Below, in pieces: positions 1 to 13,300 of a stretch of DNA of 64,000 bases (position 1 is its first letter; each line of letters starts with the position of its first letter). The notes below the pieces were generated by a model. It was not told where the DNA came from and did not search any database. It worked only from the letters and a program-made list of their open reading frames with translations. A program made the translations under genes and the position numbers. Location of the stretch: contig NC_043021.1 of NCBI RefSeq assembly GCF_006345805.1, forward strand, positions 19,158,001 to 19,222,000, read 5' to 3'. This stretch comes from Octopus sinensis. Lineage: Eukaryota.

Positions 1-157
1 GGTGCCCCAGCATGGCCACAGCTCATGAGCTGAAACTAGATAAAATAAATTTAAAAAAACACACACACACACATTAATTGATTATAAAGTCAATGTTTAT
101 CAAAGCATGTTTCGCTTTCAAAATTCAATAGAATCTACAGACAGCATTTAATATTTT

Positions 158-340
158 TTATGAACACCTGTCTGCAAACTGCTGACCGTTCTGGTCCAGA
201 CACTGTTGATAATGTGAAGTAAAGCAATTGCAAATATCAAGAAACACTTCATTTTGTACTTGTGGCCATTCTTGTTCAATAGCTGCTTTCAGTTTGAACT
301 CAGAATGTAGTAACGGAGGAAACACCACTAAGCATTTCAT
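158..340 (-). mobile_element. Tc1/mariner transposase C-terminal relic
   Basis: KLKAAIEQEWPQV...CQQCLDQNGQQF-type pattern resembles Tc1/mariner C-termini. Confidence 0.6.
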
Positions 341-394
341 CCAGCACTCTAAGGATTCTGCCAGCTCATCGCATTAATAATAATAATAATAATA

Positions 395-752
395 AATCAG
401 CAAAATGTGGAAACTGAAGACTAAAACAATACCTGTTGTCATAGGTGCCCTGGGAAAGATAGCAATAGGGGCTGATTGCTACCTAACTCAGATACCAGGA
501 AACCCCAAAATGGCAGAAATTCAAAAGATAGTGCTCATGGGAACAGCTCATATCCTACGCAAAATACTTTCTATGTAATCTCAAGTTTTAAAAGAAACAT
601 ACTTTTCGGTTTTTTTTTGACATTCACTAGTACAACACTAAATACAAAACCAAATATATGGCACGCTAGGCATAACAACCTGTTGTCTCTTGAGGTCTCT
701 GGGTAAGACTTGGAGCCAACTTGTACAAATATAAAGCAAAAGTCAAAACAGA

Positions 753-753
<1 letters not shown>
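395..753 (+). mobile_element. 3' end of an R4/Dong- or NeSL-like RLE non-LTR retrotransposon between (TAA)n tracts
   Basis: Frame ISKMWKLKTKTIPVVIGALG...IQKIVLMGTAHILRKILSM* (stop 576-578), then 3' UTR; (TAA)n on both sides. Confidence 0.75.
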
Positions 754-786
<33 letters not shown>

Positions 787-1470
787 TGTTTGAGGAAGAG
801 AGCGTTTTTTTATTACATACATCAACCTTAATTCTTACTCTTTTACTCGTTTCAGTCATCTGACTGTGGCCATGCTGGAGCACCGCCTTTAGTTGAACAA
901 ATCGACCCCCGGACTTATTCTTCTTGGGAGGAACTTGGTTTTATCAATCTCCTGAGTCGACAAAAAGTGAACTTGACCCAACCTCAACAGAAATTGAACA
1001 CAGAAGGTAAAGCACCAGAATAATTAAAGTGCCTGTAGATGTTACAAACTTCCACTGCCATCATCTCTTAGGTGATCATCGTTCTTCCAGGTAAAAGAGA
1101 GAAAAAAAAGTAACAGGGAGTCTGTTATAATCTTTTGTATTATTTAATTCTTTTATCATCATCATCATCATTGTCGTCATCATCATCATCATCATCAATG
1201 TCATAATCACTATTGCAGAAAGAAAAAAAAAAAACTAAAGATTTGTTTCTCTTCCTGAAAGCTATAAAGACCAAAACAAAAAAAATTGTTTGTTTTTTTC
1301 TAAAAACAGGACATTTTCTAAAATTATTTTCCTTTGATTTTCATCAATTAAATAGAAAAATGTACCCCTATTCCATGTTGAATAATTGTATCGAGGAATA
1401 TTTATATATATTCTCCTTCAGCTGTTTATATTCCCCAAAACCCAGACATACACATACATATATATACATG

Positions 1471-1504
<34 letters not shown>

Positions 1505-1528
1505 TATATATAGATCAAAATGGAGATT

Positions 1529-1658
1529 GTCAAATTCTTTTATCGTGGGAATACAAAATGCATAAAAAATTCATTGAAATATTAGGTTCCAAGCAATTGA
1601 AACCTATTTAGATGAATTTTTTAATGTATTTTGTATTCCCACGATAAAGGAATTTGAC
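1529..1658. mobile_element. Small foldback MITE, arms of about 45 bp
   Basis: gtcaaattcttttatcgtgggaatacaaaat... pairs with ...attttgtattcccacgataaaggaatttgac. Confidence 0.6.
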
Positions 1659-1763
1659 CTACGAAAATCTGTCCTCCACTTTGATCTATGTTATATTTTG
1701 CTCATAGGGAACACTAATTAGGTGTGCTGCAACAAAGGTTTTCCTTTTTTCTTATTATTCTTA

Positions 1764-1917
1764 TTATCTGTAAAGGTAATGTGTGACAATTATTTGATAG
1801 CCATCGGATGGCCGGATAACTGAGGAGGTGGCAGCATGGATTTCCACCCCCGGCATCTGAAACTCGGAGTTTTATCATGGCTACCAAATAATTGTCACAT
1901 ATTACTTTTACAGATAA
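1764..1917 (+). ncRNA. Inverted repeat (41-bp arms) with a hammerhead-like core at the apex
   Basis: GATAA-CTGAGGA-GGTGG..CCACC..-GAAAC-TCGGA-GTT-TTATC, manual pairing. Confidence 0.45.
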
Positions 1918-2159
1918 ATTCCTCTATTTACATAAATTCGAGGTCTCCTTCATTCTTTTGTTATCTTACCATTTTTATCAATATATATATATATATGTAT
2001 GTATGTATGTATACATATACATACATATATATATAAAGAGTGAACCAATAGAAAATGAAAGAGTATTGTTTTTTTGTGTGTGTGATTTGTAGAAGGAAAT
2101 GCTTGAGTCATGCAGGCCTGGTCAGCAATAAAAGAAGTCACTGGGAACCAATCCCCTTG

Positions 2160-2500
2160 TAAGAAATGATCATCATCATAATTGTCTCGACCGTGGTCGA
2201 GACAATGGAATTTACCCTGTTACGCCAGACTTCACAGTCCATCATAGCATTACGGAGGTCCTGTTGCTGGATGCCTGTATCCCTGGAGATTACATCAGGG
2301 TAGGAGAGTGTGCGTCCTCTGGTATCGCGAGCTGATGACTTCCAGAGGAGAAGAGTAGAAATTGCCACGTTTTCAGCTCCACAACAATGTCCAGTAAACT
2401 GGACTCTCCTACCTTTCACAAGAGATGACACAGGTGGTAGTTTCCCATATATTTGCACTTTGGTTGGATGACGCTTCCACGAGAGATTTTGAGCTCTCAT
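2160..2500 (-). mobile_element. RTE-type LINE 3' fragment
   Basis: LPPVSSLVKGRRVQFTGHC...L.NAMMD.EVWR motif, short (GAT)n tail. Confidence 0.7.
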
Positions 2501-2501
2501 A

Positions 2502-2760
2502 ATGATACAGCTATTGTTGACACCAGAACATGTGCAGCCTGTGGAAAGGTGTGCCTTTCACTTGGATGATTCAAAAAGGCATGTCAAAAGACTTCATACT
2601 GTGAAACTGGTTCCTTCTGCCAGCCAGCACAACTGTGCATTATGCAATAAAATGTGCAAATCTTTGGTGTGGCTTAAGAGTCATATAAAGGCCTCACACT
2701 GCATTATCAATGACTTCTTTCAATGATTCTTTCTAACAATGGCTTCGCTCATAAACAAGA
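2502..2760 (+). mobile_element. LINE 3' fragment with terminal C2H2-like motif (RTE-like)
   Basis: HNCALCNKMCKSLVWLKSHIKASH. Confidence 0.5.
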
Positions 2761-5230
2761 TAGCAGCCACTGTGTGTGTGTAGAGGCATACCTCAACTGA
2801 TATCATTTAGAGCTGCATTTTTTTTCCTTTCACCTTAAAACTTGTTTTTTTTTTTTTCCAAGAAATTAATGGAAAAGAAAAAAAGAATTTCAGCCAATTC
2901 ATCCGACATTACTTCGCTCTCAGTGAACATATTTAAGACTCAAACATTTTTTTAAATACCAAAAAAAAAGCAAAATAAGTAGAGACCCTTTTTTAAAAAG
3001 GATGTCATCTAATAATTTATTTTAAAATATTTTAACATGTAATGTTGTGTTTTGAATTGAGTTGTGCATCTAGAAAAACCAATCACTGATATATGTTGAT
3101 GTTATGTCTGCACACACGCATATATATTCATGCATATATATGTATGTATATCTATGTATCTGTGTATCTATCTCTATGTGTATGTATACATTATATACAT
3201 ATATATATTTGGGTTTATGTATATCTCTATATATCTGCCTGTGTGTGTGTATAAATATATGTATGTATGCATCCCTCTGTGTGTGTGTGCGTGTGGATAT
3301 ATATGTATGTATATGGGTTTTACTGTTATTGGCATATAAATAAGCAGAAATCTTTTTTTTTTGTAAAAGAATATAAAGAAAAATAATTAAAAAAATAAAT
3401 GTTGTTGATGTTGACATTTTATACAAATAAAGAGATTTTGTAAAAACGATTATTTTATTGTTTGTTTTGCATGTTTTGTTTGTTTGTTTTTTGTTAAATA
3501 ATAACCCCTTGTTAAAAGTATTTCAGTGAAACTTATTTGTTCACCTGTTTAACCATTGAGCATTTAAACTGATCATATCTAACCCAAATATTCCACCTGT
3601 TTTATGTTCAAACTAACCAGATCTGGCTTCTCACACCTACCTTACAATGTCATTCTAAAAATAATTGCTTCATTGAAACTTCAAAGCTATGATTTAATGC
3701 ATGATTAATTCAAAACATGACTGGCATCCGTGCTAGCGGGGTGCAAAGAGCACCATACGAGTGTGATTGTTGCCAGAGCAGCCAACTGGCTTCTGTACCC
3801 GTGGCACGTAAAAAAGGGCACCATTCGAGCGTGATTGTTACCAACGTCGCTTCACTGGCACCTGTGTCGGTGGCATGTGTAAAAGATTCGAGCAAGGTCA
3901 TTGCCAGTACCGCCTGACTGGCCCCTGTGCAGGTGGCACGTAAAAAGCACCCACTACACTCTCGGAGTGGTTGGCGTTAGGAAAGGCATCCAGCTGTAGA
4001 AACTCTGCCAGATCAAGACTGGAGCCTTGTGTAGCCATCCCTCAGTCAAAACCGTCCAACCCAGGCTAGCATGGAAAACGGACGTTAAATGATGATGATG
4101 ATTAGCAATGTGTGAAGCCAGCCTTATCCGATCCAAATATAGAGTATTGTTTTATGTTTGAGCCAGCCAGATCCAACCTTTTACTTACCCTAATATGTCA
4201 TTCTAAAGACAAGCAATGGCATCATTGAAATTTCAAAGCTATGAGGTAAAGCATGATTAACTCAAAACAATATAAATCAACAAACAGGAGTGGCTGTGTG
4301 GTAATTAGTTTGCTTACTAACCACATGGTTCCAGGTTCAGTCCCACTGCGTGGCACCTTGGGCAAGTTTCTTCTACTATAGACTCAGGCCAACCAAAGAC
4401 TTTTCAGTGGATTTGGTAGACGGAAACTGAAAGAAGCCCGTCGTATATATGTATGTATATGTATATGTGTTTGTGCATCTGCGTTTGTCCCCTCCAACAT
4501 CGCTTGACAACCAATGCTGGTGTGTTTACGTTCCCGTAACTTAGCAGTTCAGCAAAAGGATTGATAGAATAAGCGCTAGGCTTACAAAGAATAAGTCCTG
4601 GAGTTGATTCCTTAACTAAAGGCAGTGCTCCAGCATGGCCGCAGTCAAATGACTGAAACAAGTAAAAGAGAAAGTAAAACATTACATAAATATATATATA
4701 TTCTCTTACTTGTGTCAGTCATTTGACAATGGCCATGCTAGAGCACCCAGGACTCATTCTTTGTAAACCTAGTACTTATTCTATCGGTCTCTTTTGCCAA
4801 ACCACTAGGTCACGGGTACATAAACACACCATCGGTTATCAAGCGATGGTGAGGGGGAAAAACACAGACACACAAATACACTTGCCCAAGGTGCCACCCA
4901 GTGGGACTGAACCCGGAACCATGTGGTTGGCAGGAAAGCTACTTACCACACAGCTACTCCTGAGACTATTTGCGTGATTCAAAGGGGTTTCTATTTTGAG
5001 ATTCTCTCGATCTCGTCTGTTGTCTCCATATATAAACAAATGTATCTATACAGATGTATATATGTATATATATTATATATATATATACCTACTGTTTTGC
5101 TTGTTCACAAGATTGCAGCTGCATATTGTGATATTTTAGTTGCAACCAAATAGTCAGGTTAATCTTGTACTTTGAATAAACTAATCTTTAATTAAACAGC
5201 CTAATTAATGACACAAGATCAATACACACA

Positions 5231-5436
5231 CATGTATATATGTTTATACATTTATTTATGTATGTATGTACATACCTATATATATATATATATACCTATA
5301 TATATATATATACATATATATATATTATATACATACATATATATACATACATACATATATAATATATTATATATATATATATACCTATATATATATACAC
5401 ATAAATATATATATATATATATACCTATATATACAC

Positions 5437-5513
<77 letters not shown>

Positions 5514-5521
5514 TATATATA
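5231..5521. repeat. (TA)n/(CA)n compound microsatellite
   Basis: Direct reading; source of the spurious YIYI ORFs. Confidence 0.95.
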
Positions 5522-7086
5522 CCGGTATTGGCACACTCAAGTGTTGCCCATCTTCAATAACCTTTGTTGAAATTTATTCAACAGATTAACTCGTTTACAA
5601 AGCAATTATAACAACAACAGACAAATCATTTTAAAGGTTGTTTATGTGTATCTTTGAGCTGAATCATAATTACTTCTGTTAGCCTCAAGGTCGCAAATAA
5701 CTCTCAAAAAGAGAGGATGCATGTACTCAGGAATAAAACTTTCGTGAGATTTGAACTCAGGACATCACTAAATACCCCCACCGAATCTTGTTTTATGAAA
5801 CTCTTTTACTCCTGTTTCAGTCATTTGACTTGACTGTGGCCATGCTGGAGCACCGCCTTTAGTCGAGCAAATCGACCCCAGGACTTATTCTTTGTAAGCC
5901 TAGTACTCATTCTATTGGTCTCTTTTGCCGAACTGCTAAGTTACGGGGATGTAAACACACCAGCATTGGTTGTCAAGCGATGTTGGGGGGACAAACAAAC
6001 GTATACACACATACATATATATATATATATACATATTTACAATGGACTTCTTTCAGTTTCCATCTACCAAATCCACTCACAAGGCTTTGGTCTGCCCGAG
6101 GCTATAGTAGAGGACACTTGCCCATGGTGGCACACAGTGGGACTGAACCCGGAACCATGTGGTTCGTAAGCAAGCCACTTACTCGAAATGCCGCAAAGCA
6201 TTTTGTCTGGCAGCTTATGATTCTGCCAGCTCACTGCCTCCAGTAATAATAATGAGCTCAAATTCTGGCACAAGGCCAGCAATTCTGGGGTAGGACATCA
6301 GTTGATTACATCTGAAATTTTGAGGAGGGGGAGAGTTGATTACATCAACCTAAGTGCTCAACTGGTACTCATTTTATTGACCCCAAAAGGATGAAAAGCA
6401 AAGTTGACCTCTGGAGAAATTGAACTCAGAATGTAAAGACAGACAAAATGCCTCAAAGCATTTTGCCCAGCAAGTTACCGATTCACCCCCTAACTTATAA
6501 TAATCCTATTAAAGTTGACCCCTGCATTCGGCTGGTGCTTGTTTATCAAACCCCTGCAAGAATAAAAAGTTGACTTTATCTGGATTTGAACTCACATCTC
6601 AAAGAACCCAAACAACTGCAAGTTTTTTATTGGAGGTGTTAACAAATTTTGTCAAGCTACTACATTTTCCAGCATACATGGTGAATTTTTCAGACTAAAA
6701 ATTTACAGCCAAGAAAGGTTGGTGGGGAGGCTTAAGAGCCAGTGAACCAGGAAATTTCTATGAGGTTAATATGCTAGAAATAGCAACCAAATCTCCATCA
6801 TATTGCCTCCAACAGTCTTAAAAATGTCAACTTATACTGGTCAACCTATATCTCACTGGGGGCAGTGGATTGTATGACTGTGTTGTACGTTCCAATTTTA
6901 TAAAATGGCGGTGCCCCAACATGGCCACAGCTTGTGAGCTGAAACTAGATAAAAATAAAAAAATACACCAAGACAATTGCAGAGGGCCAAAATTTCCATG
7001 TGAAATGCAGCACCTGATGATCAGCCATGTCTCATGTGGCCCACTTCTTGAAAAAGGTTGCCCACGCCGGCTGTATGTGCTCAATC

Positions 7087-7244
7087 TGCTAGAAATAGCA
7101 GCCAAACCAACGTTATATTAAACCTTGACCTTCTGGAGCAGATGTGATCATTTAATATCTTAATGTTTCACGGAATACATAATCCAATATGATATTCTTC
7201 CTGTAAGAAGTGAGCTGAAGGAGATTTGGCTCCTATTTCTAGCA
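7087..7244. mobile_element. Short element with 20-bp inverted ends; related motif at about 6773, 52598 and three diverged tandem copies at 61.26-61.9 kb
   Basis: tgctagaaatagcagccaaa ... tttggctcctatttctagca. Confidence 0.5.
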
Positions 7245-7478
7245 AGACCGAGCCTTCTGTCTAGGAGCTTCATTTTACTCCTTTAGCATTCAGACTACTG
7301 TCAAATGAAAAGGCCCCAGCATGGCTGCAGTCTAATGACAGATAAAAGATACAGAATACGTATTTATACATATATATGATTTTATTGTCTTTATAAAATA
7401 TTGCCATACAACTTCCTCATCTCGGCCTCACATACCATCACCACATCAGTCAGTCTCCCTCACACTCAATGAAATTTC

Positions 7479-7890
7479 GGATCTTTTCGGTTTGACCGGC
7501 AGTTTTTTAAAATAATTTCCACGTAACTAAACACTTTTAAACTTTGTATACTGGTAGAATGTGTTTATAGAACATCTTTTTCTCTTGGCTTTATTGAGAA
7601 AATTCTATGGTTTGTAAGATATTTGTTGTTTTTTTTTCTTCAATTTCTGCAATTTCAACCAATCAATGACGTCTATTGAGGTGAAAACATTCTGTGCCAT
7701 ATGAATATGTCCCTCGTTTAAGAAACAGATTGGGTTTATTTACATTTCTGAAGGAAAAAAAATACCCTTCCCCCCACCCCTAACCCTAAAATAGATTGAA
7801 ATGCAATAGATCGATACTAGGGTCATAATTATGGGTGACAATTTCATATGACACCTCTAGAAAAAACTGCCGTTCAAACAGAAAAGATCC
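7479..7890. mobile_element. hAT-like MITE in the PES1 3' UTR region
   Basis: About 30-bp TIRs ggatcttttcggtttga.cggcagtttttt; degenerate 8-bp flanks gaaatttc/aaaatctc; second copy at 53387-53809. Confidence 0.8.
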
Positions 7891-7919
7891 AAAATCTCCT
7901 CTCATCATCCATTACACTC

Positions 7920-7997
7920 TTATCTCTTCTGACGGGCAGTTTTACCAGTTTTTTTCTCCTTCTCAATGGCTTCCCTCTTCTGCTTCAGTTTCCTCGT
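7920..7997 (-). CDS. PES1: PES1 exon 17 ([25 protein letters not shown])
   Basis: actcag|ACG...TAA, 78 nt, KL..KR motif as in the pescadillo terminal exon. Confidence 0.88.
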   Translation of the reverse strand, partial: TRKLKQKREAIEKEKKTGKTARQKR

Positions 7998-10270
7998 CTG
8001 AGTAAAAAGAAAAAAGAAAAATAAGACACATAAAATGAGAATAGAATTAAGGGAAACAGGGTCACCAATTCAACCATATTTGTGGGGCGGAGATAAGTTT
8101 GTAGGGTTGCTTGTGCGTATAAATGCGAGTGTTTGTCAGGTTTGACAGGAGCCCCTCCTGTCAAGCCATCCCATCCATGCCAGTACGGAAGGCAGATATT
8201 AAACAATGATATGTCAGGGCCACCTTGACTGGCTTCTGTGCCGGTGGCACGTAAAAAGCACCAAACGATCGTGGCCGCTGCAGGCCTCCCCCGGTACCTG
8301 TACCAGTGGCACTACACTCACGGAGTGGTTGGCGTTAGGAAGGTCATCCAGCTGTAGAAACACTGCCAGATCAGACTTGAGCCTGGTGCAACCATCTGGT
8401 TCGCCAGTCCTCAGTCAAATCGTCCAACCCATGCCAGCATGGAAAACGGACGTTAAACGATGATGATGATGATGACTCGAACACTCTGAGTGTGTGTGTG
8501 TATACAATAAACTGCACTTCATATTGAAGGCTCTGATGAAGCAATAAGGTGATACTCAGACACTCAACTATGAGTCCACTGCATCTTATAGCAGAAATAG
8601 CTGTATGCCGATGAAGTTCATAAGATAATCATTTATTCCTTTTGTCATCTTCTTTGCTTGTGTGTGCGTGTGTGTGTCCTTTGGATTAGAGGTACAACTC
8701 ATCTTTGCCAGCTGAGTGAATTGAAGCAATGTGAAATAAAGTATCTTGCTCAAGGACACAAAACACTGCTGGGGATTGAAATTATAATCATATGGTTGTG
8801 AGCTGAATAGTAGCCTAACCACTAGGCCACATGCCTTCGTTGTATGGGAGAATGACAGCAAAGATGGACAGAGATAATGTGTGTGTGTGTGAGTGTATGA
8901 GTATATGTGTGTGTGAGTATGTGTATGCATGTCTGTATGAGTGTATGAGTGTGTGTGTGTGAATGTATGAGTATATGTGTGTGTGTATGAGTGTATGTAT
9001 GCATATGTGCGTATGAGTATGTGTGTGTGAGTGAGTGTATGAGTATGTGTGTGTGCATATGCATGTATGAGTGTGGGTATGCATATGCATGCATGTATGT
9101 GTATGTGTGTGCATGAGTATGTGTGTATGTGTATGCGTGTGTGTTGTGTAGTAAGCCGTGCATCATTTCTCTCCCAACCCCGACAACTCACCTCCTGAGC
9201 AATCTTCTTCTTCCTCATCACGATCTTGTCGTAGAGTTTCTTCTTCTTCTTTGGAATCATCATCTCGGCCAGTTTCTTCTCCTCCTTCTGCTGTCGGATC
9301 ACCTTCACTTCGTCGACCTTCTCCACGCTGCCAGGAATCACATGCATCTTCTTGGTGCTGCTCTTCTGTTTAAACGAAACACAAAACAACAAACAGGTCA
9401 GACGCCGAAACGTTTCGAGTCAACAGACAGAATCATGAAATGACCCCGAGGGATTTCATTTCGTGACCCCACAGCGGCTGCCTGTCCTCAATCAACAAGA
9501 CTCTCAAAACAAGAAATACATGAGCGCAAAAGAAAAAAAAACCCTTTTATCTTTTTACTACTTGTTCCAGCGATTAGATTGTGGCTATGCTGGAGCATCA
9601 CCTTCAAGGGTCGCGATCTCGCAAAACAAGAAATACTTGGCCGCAAAATAATAAAAAAAAATCTTTTGTGTTTTGACTTGTTCCAGCCATTAGAACGTGG
9701 CCATGCTGGAGCGTCACCTTCAAGAGTCTTAACCAAGAAGATTCTCAAAGCAAGAAATACTTGGTCGCAAAATTATCAAAAAGAAATCTTTGGTGTTTTG
9801 ACTTGTTTCAGTCATTAGACTGTGGCCATGCTACAGCATCACCTTGAAGGGGCTTCAATCTCAACAAGATATGAAAACAAGAAATACTTAGCCTTAAAAA
9901 AACCCCAAAAAACAGAAAGGCACAGCTGTGTGGTAACAAGCTTGCTTCCCAACCACATGGTTCCGGGTTCAGTCCCACTGCATGGCATCTTGGGCAAGTG
10001 TCTTCTGCTATAGCCTCAGACTGACCAAAACCTTGTGGGTGGATTTGATAGATGGAAACTGCAAGAATCCCATCATATGTATGTATATATATATATACAT
10101 ATATATATAGGCATAGCTGTGTGGTAACAAGCTTGCTTCCCAACCATAAGGTTCCGGGTTCAGTCCCACTGCGTGGCACCTTCGGCAAGTGTCTTCTACT
10201 ATAGCCTCAGGCTGACCAAAACCTTGTGGGTGGATTTGGTAGATGGAAACCGCAAGAATCCCGTCATATG

Positions 10271-10332
<62 letters not shown>

Positions 10333-13300
10333 AATATAAACTGCAAGAATCCCGTCATATATATATATATATATACAGCTATGCCTATATATATATAGGC
10401 ATAGCTGTATGGTAAGAAGCTTGCTTCCCAACCACATGGTTCTGGGTTCAGTCCCACTGCATGGCAACTTGAACAAGTGTCTTTTACTAAAGCCTTAGGC
10501 CAACCAAAGCCTTGTGAGTGGATTTGGTGTAGCAGAAGGTAACATGGTTCTGCTCGTTTCTTTTGAACTACAAAACGAAGAATTGAACTACAAACCTTAG
10601 GAGCAGTGCTGACATCCTGTTCTGCAAGTTTACGTTTTTTCAGAGCTGCTGCCTTCTTTCTTGAGGCTGAAATAAAAAGAAATATATCAAATGAGAGACT
10701 ACAAGGGTTTGATCTAGCATATCCTAGCTTGACAATGATGGCAACCACAGCTGCTCGGTCAATATGAAGTCAGAGCAACCAGATTCAGAGAGAAAGCCTA
10801 TGTGTATGACCTTGCAAGTCAATGCATCATTATCATTGTTTTAACATCCACATAAAAAGCACCCAGTCCACTCTGTAAGGTGGTTGGCATTAGGAAGGGT
10901 ATCCAATCATAGAAGTCATGCCAAACTCGACAATTAGGGCCGGAGCAGCTCACCTTCTTGCCAGTTCTAGATGAACTGTCCAACCCATGAAAGCATGGAA
11001 AGTGGACATTAAATAATTAATTCGTTTTATTGGCCACAAGGGCTGACAAAAATCAATTAAAACATGTAGGGACAAAAAACAGGACGAAAGTTACAAAGGG
11101 TTTTGTCCGTTTGAAAAAAAGTCTGTGTACAAATTCAGAGATAACAACGAAAATATTAAAACAATTGAAACTCCCAATAGGGAGAGGTGCTTCGAAAGGT
11201 TACTCGTGGAAAAACCCATAAAAGCCACAAGAGCCCCTTTCTCCTTTTATATTACCTTTTTATATCACAGGTGTATCCTCAGAATTGGTCCGTTCATACT
11301 GGCCATTCTTGCGGCATTCACCCACCTTTCAATAAATTTGCTACGAGACAGTACTTCCCTCTCTCATTTTCCTTTTCAAGTGAAACTTGAAAAAGTTGAT
11401 GAGGCCTGGGCCAAAGAGGAAAGTGTCTGACCTTAGCCCTTTCAAACAGGTCCACCATACCACCTCTTTCGCTACAGGCACTAGGCAAAAGAAAACTGCC
11501 TTGCCCTCCTGGTTAAAGGAGGTCTGCGGGGCAAGCTTCACTATGGATTCAGCTGATAGCCGGATCCGTCCTATACGCGACAGTAGCTGTTCGGAGAATG
11601 GTGATTTTCTATACTCACATAGGTTGAGCAGAATTTTGTAGGGGCAGATTTACTATGACTAGATGCCCTTCCAGTTACCAACTGTGTGTGTGAGAAAGAG
11701 AGAGAGAGAGGGGGGGGACATGTGAAACCATCAATGCTGACACATGTTTCCCCTCTCACCATTTCTGTTCTCTCATCACTATCTGTCGAAGAACATAGGC
11801 TTGAAACGTCAAACACTTTTCCATTTTTCCTACACATACACATGCTTGTTGATCCCTTACCTGTCTCTCATTTGTTTCCTGTACAGTTGAACTATAAATA
11901 TACCATCATCATCGTTTAACGTCCATCTTTCATGCACACATGGGTACCACGGTTCACAGGAGCTGACCACGTAGGAAAAACTACCCTACACTACTCTACT
12001 CTGTCTGTTTTGGCAGGATTTTTACAGCTGGATGCTTTTCCTAAAACCACCCACTCAGCAGAGTGGACTCAGTGGTGTTTTTGTGGAACGAGTACAGTTG
12101 AGGTCAGTTTTGGCAAGGCTTTTACAGCTGGATGCCCTTCCAAATACCAACCACTTTACTGGATGCTTTTTACGTGGCACAAGCATATATATATATATAT
12201 ATGCTGGCAGAATTGTTAGCACGCCAGGCAAAATGCTTAGCGATATTTCGTCTACCGTTACGTTGTGAGTTCAAATTCCGCCGAGGTCGACTTTGCCTTT
12301 CATCCTTTCGGGGTCAATAAATAAAGTACCAGTTACGTACTTGGGTCGATGTAATCGACTTAATGTTTAGCCACTTGTGGGCAATAAAGAAATATATATA
12401 TGTGTGTATATGAAGGTAAGGCTACTTCGGGCTGCTGCTTTCTCTATTGCGACGTACAGCTGTGAGTCGTGGACAATGTTGAAGGCAGACGAGAAAAGAG
12501 TGAGCGCTTTTGAAATGTGGTGTTACCACAGAATCCTTAGAGTGTTGTGGATGGAGAGAAGGACGAACAACTGGGTACTAGAAAAGCCCGGTTGCGACAT
12601 GACGCTTCGACGAAACATCATGAAGTGGAAGCTATGGTTCTTTGGCCACATCATGTGCCTGGATGGACTTGATCGAACGATCGTAACTGGCAAGGTGAAC
12701 GGCGGACGTAAAACAGGCAGACCACCCACTTCTTGGTTGAAAGACATTGCAGCCACAGAATTGTCTTTATTCTCAGCTGTCCATGGGGAAGAGGACAAGA
12801 GAAGGGGGCAAGACATCATGATGACCACAGCATCACATAGTGCGACACCTGACTACGATGATGATGATGATGATGATATGTATATAAGGCGGCAAGCTGG
12901 CAGAAACGTTAGCACGTCGGGCGAAATGCTTAGCGGTATTTCGTCTGCTGTTACGTTGTGAGTTCAAATTCCGCCGAGGTCGACTTTGCCTTTCATCCTT
13001 TCGGGGTCGATAAATTAAGTTCCAGTTACGCACTGGGGTCGATGTAATCGACTTAATACCTATGTCTGTCCTTGTTTGTCCCCTCTATGTCTAGCCCCTT
13101 GTGGGTAACAAAGAAATAGGTACTTCGTCTGCCGTTACGTTCTGAGTTCAAATTCCGCTGAGGTCGACTTTGCCTTTCATCCTTTCGGGGTCGATAAATA
13201 AAGTACCAGTTACGCACTGGGGTTGATGTAATCGACTTAATACCTATGTCTGTCCTTGCTTGTCCTCTCTGTGTTTAGCCCCTTGTGGGTAGTAAAGAAA

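Noticed and set aside
3070-5589. Many ORFs rich in YI/HT/CV dipeptides, here and throughout the window
   Set aside because: They are translations of (TA)n/(CA)n microsatellites.
8586-9392. 268-aa ORF as a standalone gene
   Set aside because: Only 9192-9365 is coding (PES1 exon 16); the rest is intronic microsatellite read-through.
9398-9470. cgaaacgtttcg palindrome and small hairpin near the exon 16 acceptor
   Set aside because: No CUGANGA partner; short palindromes are expected by chance.
10008-10748. 246-aa ORF
   Set aside because: It contains the 71-nt PES1 exon 15; the remainder is SINE and microsatellite.
11395-11435. ttgatga-ggcctgggcc-aaag hammerhead-like string
   Set aside because: Both boxes are mutated and no stem I or stem III was found.
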